The notes under the pieces were generated by a model, which did no database searches, was not told where the DNA came from, and saw only the letters and a list, made by a program, of their open reading frames with translations. Both the position numbers and the translations under genes were made by a program. A stretch of 64,000 bases of DNA from contig CDMY01000258.1 of NCBI GenBank assembly GCA_001179505.1, positions 83,042 to 147,041 on the forward strand, given 5' to 3'. This DNA is from Vitrella brassicaformis CCMP3155 (taxonomy: Eukaryota > Protista > Chromerida). The first letter of the stretch is position 1. Each line of letters starts with the position of its first letter. Shown here in pieces: positions 52,512 to 64,000 of this stretch.

Positions 52512-53745
52512 GCTGAGCGCCAAGCCCGCCAAGCCGAGGCCGACCAGCGCCTGGAGGAGATGCTGCGGGTCGAGGACGATGTCGACGAGGCTGACTTGGA
52601 GGACGACATGGTCCCCGACACCGACTGGCGCCCGCCCTGCATCCTCCGCTACGAGGCCGAGGAGGCCGCTCGCCGGCAGAAGGAGGAGGATCATCCCAAT
52701 CGGTGCCTACATTTTATATTCGTCAGACCCATTTACGAGGAGCAACGCCCGGTGAGGAGAAGAGAATGCTGCCGACATCGTCGACAGAGACGGCATGGGC
52801 TCTATCAGGAGGTAATCACTGGGTGGTCTTTCACTCCTCTCACAATGAAATTTTTGTTGTGCTGTCCTGTGCTGTTTTGTCAAATGTATCTGTGTGTTCA
52901 GCATTTGGCGTCCCCACGAGAAGAAGCGGTGCCTCGTCTGCGGCGTACGCGCACACGACCAGGTGGGTGGACTTCGAGATGGTGCACACCATCGCCGAGG
53001 CCGAAGAGCCCATCCCCCTGCCGTCCTCCATCGACCACATCGACCCGCCGCCGCCCCTCCCCCCCACTATGACCCCGCGGCCGCCCTGCGGGTCGTGGCC
53101 ACGATGGTCGACGCCGTCGCCAAGGACAGCAGCGCCGCGCCCACAACCACAGCCCAGCAGCACCACCACGGCCCCTTCAGCCGGTCGGCCGACGTGTATT
53201 CGGTCTGCTCGGTGGCGGCTGTGGTGCTGCTTGGGCCTTCGATGGATGCAGACGGCGGCCGGCGCAACCTGCAGCTCTACCACGACGGCCGGCACTTCTT
53301 CCGCGAGTCGTCCTGTGAGCCCCTCTACGACGCGCACTTCGCCGGACCGGCGAGAGAGGGGGCGGACTTCATGTGGGCGGCTCTGCGGAGGGAGCCGGCC
53401 GTCAGAGAGCAGCTGGTCACCGACTGCAGCCGCGTGGTGACCATGGAGGCCGCACCGGAGCGGTACGTTTGGCTGCTCGGCTGTGTGGAGAAGCGCTTGG
53501 AGTGAGAGGTGGAGCGAGGGGCGGAGGGGGACGAGGAGGCGATTGCGGACATCAGCATGGCGCTGACGTTGATTAGAGACGGCATGGCGCCGGATGAGGG
53601 AGATAAAAAATCACTAGAGGAAATTCTTAGGTACCCATAAGCAAAGAGAGGGGACACAGCACACAAGCGCATGGAGGGAGACATGGGAGCAATTGTGCCT
53701 GTCTGTCTGCCTGTCGGTGTGTTGGTGCAGAATCCTGTGAAGGAG
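52512..53745 (+). pseudogene. Degenerate kinase-like gene, tandem copy 2, lacking the HGD segment
   Basis: Paralogous to copy 1 (RQARQAEAD..RYEAEEAARRQ, WVDFEMVHTIAEAEE, ADVYSVCS). Frameshift at a poly-C near 53060 and an in-frame TGA at 53503. Confidence 0.75.
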
Positions 53746-53749
53746 CGGC

Positions 53750-54200
53750 TGCTGCTGCTCAGGCATCGACGCATGCAGGAACGCACTCTCGACGTCCACT
53801 TGCTCGATATCGTAGCCCTTGGCCAGGGCCGTACCGAAGAGCAGCTTGGCTGTGGCCGTACGGCTGGTTGGAGCGTGGAGTGTCTCGTGCTCACGTTCGC
53901 CCTGGCTGCCGTTGATCACGAGCTGTGTCTTGGGCCGTCCGTCCGGCTTGGTCGTCCCCACGGCGAGGATGGAGAAGATCTGAGCGCCCCTAGGGACGTC
54001 ACGCCTTTCGCCCCACTCGTAGGTCTTGTGCTGCTCGAGCTTGTCGACCTCAGCTGGTCCACCTCGCGCCACCGTTGGTCTTCTGGGCTCAATCTCCTGA
54101 TGATTGACGGGGTGGCCTTCGTCGTCAGCCACACGCACATCGCCCTCGTGCGCCCGGAAGGCGTGCAGTTGGTGGTCGAGCGGTGTGCCGGTGGTGCCGT
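53750..54200 (-). mobile_element. Ty1/copia reverse transcriptase N-terminal fragment
   Basis: EVDKLEQHKTYEW..VPRGAQIF..KPDGRPKTQLVING..HAPT..AKLLFGTALAKGYDIEQVDVESAFLHA matches the RVT_2 pattern. Confidence 0.85.
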
Positions 54201-54989
54201 TCATGTCGCCTCAGGTATCGCCGCCAAAATGACGTCAGCAGCGGGGTCTTGGGGAGACACCACGCCCCCCTCCACCACCACACAGGCGGCCAAGAAGGCC
54301 GCCTCCTCCTTCTGACCACCCAAGCTCCTCTTGGCCTGGTCCGGCTGATATTGTGCAGGCAGTGCGTCACGTCAGTCAGCTTGAGGAAGAGGGCGGGCAG
54401 AGGGCCACCGCCGGCGCGTGAAGATAGCCACGACCGGCCTGGCCATGATGGAAAAGACACCTACAGGTAACTGACACCTACCTACCTACCCGCACCAGAC
54501 ACCTCGCCACCCGCATCGCATACCACGCCCTCTCCCCCTGGCATGCTATACTATGAATGTGTTGGCTTCAGTCAGTCAAGAAAGATGAGCCCGACCGTCG
54601 ACAACGGCGAGCTGCCTTCTGAGAGCAAGACGCCCTGCCTCGATGTGCAGCCCCAGGGCCCTCGACGCTGCCGCCGAAGCCTTCCAGGACCAGGGGGAGG
54701 CCAACCGACCCGACGCCACAGGCAGGGGCCACACCCGCACCTGCCCACACCAGAGCGGCCCATGACAGTGCGCATGTCATGTCGACGGGCGGCCGGATGT
54801 CCCTCACGGAGAGCGCCGCAATGCCGATGGCGGAGAGGACGGGGACACAGCAGCGGTCCCACGACGCGTCGACCTATCGCCGGCTGACCACACAGGCACA
54901 TCGCTCAGTGTGCTGCCTCCACGTGACGATCCAGGTGCGAGCGGTGGGCACCCATCCCCTGACAGTCTCTCTGTCTGTCTGTCTGTCTG

Positions 54990-55205
54990 TCTGTCTGGTG
55001 TGCGTCGAATGTCTGCCGCCATTGCCACGCGTGTGCCATCCGGACACACCGACCACTGCGGCAAGAGTTGACTCTTTCTTAGAGAACGTCTGTCTGTCTG
55101 TCTGTGGATCCTCGTGTCGTCTCTGTGTCTGTCTGTCTGTCTGTCTGGCTGTCTGTCTGTCTGTCTGTCTGTCTGGCACGGCTGCATTGAATTCTGTGGT
55201 GTCTG
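54990..55205 (+). repeat. Dispersed ~200 bp repeat, copy 2
   Basis: Matches 27588-27785. Confidence 0.9.
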
Positions 55206-56116
55206 TCTGTCGTGTGTCGTTGGTTGACTGGCCGCTATCTCACTGCGTGACGCGTTACTTTTTTGGTCCATCCATCCATCGATTTGTGGGACGGTGGCTG
55301 AGGGTTCGTCGCCCGCCCCCCACGCTCCTACACACAGCCTCACACTGCTGGCGGCAGGGCGGTGGTGTGCTAAGTACCTACGGGATGATGGGGGCGAGCA
55401 GGCAGGCAGGCAGTGTGTGCAATCAACAGAAAAGCTCGGCCGCTGTGGGTGAGCGGGGCGGAGGGTGGTTTGGTTGGTCACAGACCGACCCTCTCACGGG
55501 CTTACTAACTGAGTTTCTCACGGACAATTTGTTGATGCAATCAGCAGTGGTCTCCGCCGACTGTTTGCTATGGCGTCCGTCCCGCAGTAGGTGTGGAGAG
55601 GAGGGCGGTAGATAATCGCTGTCTGCGTTTTATATCCCGTTGTCCGTGTCTTTTGAAAGAAAGGTTGACTTCGTCGCTGTCTGCATTTTTGTATTCGCTG
55701 TATGAGTCTGTGCGGCCCGTCCACGTACATCTTTCTTCTACATCAATGGATACATCAACTTTAACCATAAGGACCTTCCAGTATGTGCCATGCAATGAAT
55801 TCCGGCGCGTCATGTGTTGTTGTAACAGCCGTATGACGCTCCCTGCCTGCATGATCCATGCTTGTGGATGGATGGGTGCAATCCAAGCACGATCGCTCTG
55901 CGAGCTTGAAGCCGATGCTTTCAAAGACGCCAGGCTGAGTGATCGCTGCTGTCGGGTGCCTGCCAGTGACTCATCCTTACTGGTCGACGCTCAGCTAGTT
56001 CATTCAAGTAAGTGATGCAGCAGAATCATGGACTCACTCACTTGGGCAGCAAGTCGTCGTTGCTTCCTCTGTGTGTGCCCCCGGCCAGTGATGGGCGAAC
56101 CGGAAATCGAGCGAAG

Positions 56117-59100
56117 ATGAGAGGGGTCCGGCCCCTGCTGTCTTCATCGCGCCGCCTCGAACCAAGCTGCAGCACACTTCCGACTCAACCACGCACCTCA
56201 TCCACCTCGTCCAATTCCATCGCTTGCAACGATGTGTCTTCGCAGCCACCTATCACCCTTCTGCGAGATCTGAGGAACGTGAGGAAGGGCGAGGACCCCG
56301 CAGCTGATACACATGCTGCTGCTGCTGCGGCTATGCGGCGGTCTATCAACCGGCAGCTGCTGGCTTGTCGAGACCACGCCTGCATCCTCTCGACAATCGA
56401 GGCGCATTTGCAGCATGGTGGTCATGCCCTGTCGGCCGATGAGTTTGACTGTGTCAATGCCGCGACGGCCTTCCAGCGGATGGCAAAGATGAGCACTGCG
56501 GCAAGGGAGCCGACACGCCCACGCAGGAGAGGCTCGATGTTCCGGCTGCACCCGCATCACGAAGGGGAGGCCCCGCGTGACACATCTGAAGGCGCCGATT
56601 CGTCTGCTTTGGTGGCGCAGTGGACACATGACAGCCGCTATGCCCCCCTCAGACAGCATCTGCTCAGCTTTCTCTCTCTCTCGCACTCATCTTGTGTCAG
56701 CTGCTCTCCAAGGTTTGTGGCCATGGTTCTGTGGGGGACAGCCAAGGCTAAGCTGTGGGACGAGGAGCTCATCAAGGCCCTGTGCAGAGCCGCTCGACAG
56801 CTGCTGGATAGGCGAGGGGCGGCCAGATGGGAAACCACGGATATCGCAAATGTTATGTGGGCCACGGCGACGTTCTCTTCGATGAAGGCTGATGAACTTA
56901 ACGTCTATCCGCCGGGCAGTGGGGCCGCCGGAAGCACATCTTTCCCTCCCCACTGGTTCCTCCTCGAGTGTCACGGCATTCTCCCTCTTCTATGGCAAGC
57001 TGCGGAGGCCCTCCTGCCGTCTTTCTCCATCACCAACCTTTCCAACATCGGCTGGGCGTCAGTCAAGATCGCTACAGCCATCAACGAGCGGATACAGAAC
57101 CGCACAATGTCCTCTGTGATTGAAGGAGATACCACCATGTTCTTGGAGAGGCTGGGAGACGAGGCGTGCGCGTCAAGGCAGTCGACGTGGCCCTTTTCCT
57201 CTCTTGGCGAGATGCTGTGGCCGTTTGCCACTATCGGCGTCTATCCCACTCAGCTGTTGGCTGCCGTGATGAAAGAGGCTGAGGGACGATTGCAGAAGGT
57301 GATGGGTGGCCATGGCCACAGAGAGGAGGGGCTGACCGGCAAGGCGGTCATCAACCTCACCTGGAGCGTCGCAACACTCGTACAGGTGCGGTGCAACCAG
57401 CTGCAGGAGCAAGGGCAGGAAGAGGCTGAAGACTCCTCCCTTCTCGCCGATGTCCATCGCTTCATGCGGCTCGTGTCATCCCTCATTCGGCATGGTCGAC
57501 ACGTCCGCCTCAATGCAGCCGACATCAGCACGTGTCTGCGGACCTATGCGGCCGCATCAGCCCTCCCAGACTCTCCCTCACGGCGCCTCTTCATCGACGA
57601 ATGCCGTGAGCTCCACACCTACCTCGCCAGTGGCCCTCTGTCGTCCCCTCCGTTCCTCTCATCGGTATCACTCGCCTGTCTGTCCGCCGTGGTCCTCACC
57701 TATGCCGACAGTGACGTCCCCACAGACACAAGGCAGATGGTGCTTGATGCCTTGAGCACTGAGGTGGACCGACGGGTGCAGATGGGGCGGATTACCGGCC
57801 ATGGAGATCGGTTCTTTCTGGATGTGAGCAGCCTGCTCACCGGGCTGGCCAACGCCAAGAGGCTGAAGCGGGATTTGTTTGATGCCCTCGCCAGCTGTGT
57901 GCTGGGGGACGTGGTGCGGCATGCTGACAGACACGCAGCAGGAGCAGCGACAACGACAAGTGAGGGGCGAGTGGATGAGGAGAGGAGCAGCCCGGAGGCG
58001 GTGGCAGGGCCGCGAGGGATCCCTAGTGTGCTCAGCGAGACGGCACACACAATGGTAGGCTGCGGGATGGGATGAGAATGGCGACCAATACGTGACACTG
58101 TGTGCTTTAATTGCCATCAATCAGGTGTTGTACAAGCCCGCATTCTGGGTCGTGAATCCTGTCAGCCAGGGGAGGGGACACAAGGAACATGACGGTGGGG
58201 TAGAATGGACAGACAAGGCACCCCTCCCAGTCTCTGTGTAATGCTCTTTCTTGTCCTGTCCATTCAGTGTTCACCGACTGCCTATCGGCCGAGGAAATGG
58301 AGAGCAGCGCTAGCGTAGAGGTACCTCTGAACGGAGAAGCACACCGAACGTCGGCATCTGTCCACTTGTGTGTCTCTATGTGGCTGTGCGGGCCAGCCCC
58401 TGTCCGAGTGGTATCGGCGGCGGCACTCGACGCCTCTGTCGCATGACGAGGGCAGACAATTCGGCTTCGCCCACCGACTCGACATCGAAACATCTGGCCC
58501 TCTGGTGGTGGCCAAGACGATTGAGGCCTATCACTATTTGAGGCTGCTCTTCGCCGCCCAGCTCGTGCGCAAGGAGTACCTTTGCCTGTGTCATGGCAAC
58601 TTCCCCGACGGGCTCCACACAAGTGAGCTGTGAAATGGGTGGTGGATGGGAGGCTCGACTGACCCCACCAATCATCGCTCCCTGGCTGTGTCATGGTCAG
58701 TTGATGCCCGTCTGCTGACACGCAAAGACGCCAACACTGCTCAGGTCGTCTCGGAGACACACCCACATGGCAGGCCTGCGTTGACACACGTGCGGAAGCT
58801 GAGAGGCTACCGCAGTGGGCGGGGCGATGAGTACTCCCTCTGCCATGTGGAAATCATCACCGGACGCACACACCAGATACGGTCGGTGGGTCGGTGGGTC
58901 GGTGGGAAGGAAACTGCCATGTGTCATCCGCCCGATGTGTGTGTGTGCGTGTGTGCATGTTTGCTATCAGAGTTCACCTGGCGAGTGTTGGCCATCCAGT
59001 GGTGTCCGACTACTCCTATCAACCAGACGCACGCACACTCACGGCAGACAGAAACTGGTACGTGCGATAAACCGATCCCTCTGTTCGGAATGAATTATTG

Positions 59101-59278
59101 TCCTGATGCTCCGATTGTCAGGTGTCCGCGTGTGTTCCTGCACTGTTCAAAGCTGTGTTATGAGGACCCGCCGGGCCAAGAGGGCCGCCCGCCGGCCGTG
59201 CAGGAAGTCGACTGCCCCCTCCCGAGTGAGCTGCAGACCGCCCTCGACTCGCTGACGGTCGTCAGTGAGGGCGTGTGA
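56117..59278 (+). CDS. Organelle-targeted fusion of helical OPR/RAP-type repeats and an RluA-family pseudouridine synthase
   Basis: Exon 1 (56117-58054) has a Ser/Arg-rich leader, a DCVNAATAFQRMAK motif and about 8 helical repeats (e.g. IANVMWATATF, LSNIGWASVKI, VINLTWSVATL). A phase-0 intron (58055-58124) joins it to MVLYKPAFWVV, HRLDIETSGPLVVAK, ITGRTHQIRVHLASVGHPVVSDYSY and RVFLHCSKL. All junctions are in phase. Confidence 0.85.
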
Positions 59279-59886
59279 CGGGCCGAGGCAGCACGGTCGG
59301 CGGTGTGTGGCTGGGGAGTTTGTGTCTGTCGGTGAGTGCATGTCTGATGGTATGAGTGAGCGTGGTGTAGAGCCTGTGCGCGAAGCTTGTGCGCACACAT
59401 CTGACTGTCGTAAAAGTCATGACCCTGTCGATTGATCAATGCATTCATTCATTCATTCATTCAGCTTCACTGTTCTTTCCTCGTGTCGGCTGCTCTCGAT
59501 ATGAATGCATAGTGTCCAGCCGTCCGCATGCACACCACACCCAGCAGACCCAGCAGCACCACGCCGACCACCAGCACAAACAGGGCACTGCCGCCATCAC
59601 TTGCCTGAATCTGCACCTCCTGCGCCTGCACCGACGACACAAATGCTGACACCAACGCGCTGACGAGCACCAGACAGGCCATCTTCGCAGCCGCGTCACC
59701 TTGTCCACTGCAGACAGATCAGCATCATGCCTTCTCCATGCAGCACCCTTCAAGAGGCTGGGCCATCGTCACAACTACGCGCGGCGGGACGCCGTGGTTG
59801 AGAGCTCGCAGACATCTGCGAGCTTAGCAATGTGGCTGCGCATCTCCCTTTTGATCTGGTGATGGAAAGCATTGGCAGATCCATTG

Positions 59887-63099
<3,213 letters not shown>

Positions 63100-63332
63100 A
63101 GGCCGGACAGATAGACAGACAGACAGACAGACCAACGGACAGATCCTCTTATCCGTTTCGGTTTTTGTGTCTTCTTGACCGAGATTCATGCTGCCATATT
63201 TTGTATGTGTACAGTCAGTCAATGCCGTCCGTCCTACTATTGTTGCTCACGGTATGAATGCTATCCATTCACCTGTCCCCACAGCAACTCAGCACATTCC
63301 TTCTCTAAGTTCAGACGTTCGTAGATTTCGCT

Positions 63333-63843
63333 GCTAGTTGTTGTGTCGGTGGATGGGGTCTGCTCAGACACAGAGAGACGCTCGTGTTCGTTCCCGTGCG
63401 TTGAAGGCTTTGGATGCGTCTTGATGTTCGGACAGGGGTGTTGATAATTAATCGCACCCACTCAATCACTCACCGTGCAGTAGTGGTGACAGACAGACAG
63501 ACACAGCCAGTCGGTTATCCATCCATCCATTTATCCACACTCACTCAGACGGCCACTTGTCACTCACTCGCGCATCCAGACCTCTTTCCCTCTCCCTGTC
63601 CCCCTTCCCTGTCCCCCTTCCCTCCCTCTGTCTCTGTGTCTGTCTGTGTCTGTTGTTGGTCGGGTCCATGTGTGTGTGTATGTGTCTGTCTGTGTCTGTG
63701 TCGGTCGTTCATATCGAGTCCTTTTTCTTCTTCTTTTCGATGTCTGCGATCATCTTAGCGATGTCCTTCACCAAGCTCTTGGCGATGTCCTTCGCTTGGT
63801 GGCCGCCATCTCCAAGATGATAAAAGACATCGAGAAGAAGAAA
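63333..63843. repeat. Dispersed ~500 bp repeat with an internal long inverted repeat, copy 2
   Basis: Matches 36050-36537. Hairpin arms at ~63727-63763 and 63807-63843. Confidence 0.92.
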
Positions 63844-64000
63844 CAACAGAAAGCAACATTCATCTTACCCCCCATGATTGAGTTGGTGATTTCTCGGCTG
63901 TTTCTCCTCCTTTTCGGATGAGCGAGCGTGTATCGGACTACACCCAACCCCCTCCACCTACCCTCATCCCGCGAGACGGCGGCGGGCCCCCCTGTTGCGC

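Noticed and set aside
55568-55924. 118-aa minus-strand ORF
   Set aside because: No recognisable motif, lower GC, and it lies in the likely upstream region of the OPR-RluA gene.

Overview
Intron-rich, GC-rich eukaryotic DNA. Introns are packed with (GACA)n, (TG)n and (GATG)n microsatellites. Sequence style, a plastid-targeted ferredoxin and ApiAP2-like domains suggest a chromerid alveolate, probably Vitrella brassicaformis (inference). Both ends carry conserved genes: FdC2-type ferredoxin, a membrane protein, a CRT10-like WD40 gene head-to-head with a TDY MAP kinase, an OPR-repeat/RluA pseudouridine synthase fusion and the NVL/Rix7 AAA ATPase. The middle (~19-55 kb) is a rearranged accessory region. 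It holds a spliced Pro/His-rich cassette, repeated as a ~1.1 kb tandem array, an inverted copy and a partial third copy. The cassette ends in a divergent AP2-like domain and is joined to different 3' modules: a multi-AP2/AT-hook protein in one copy and a kinase-like N-lobe cut off by a Ty1/copia remnant in another. Also present are a second AP2-like gene, two degenerate kinase-like copies fused to a copia RT fragment, and a dispersed repeat with a long hairpin whose two strands read as near-identical peptides. Best leads: the OPR-RluA fusion, the shuffled AP2-like cassette and the two-copy hairpin. All family calls come from motif recognition by eye; no searches were run.
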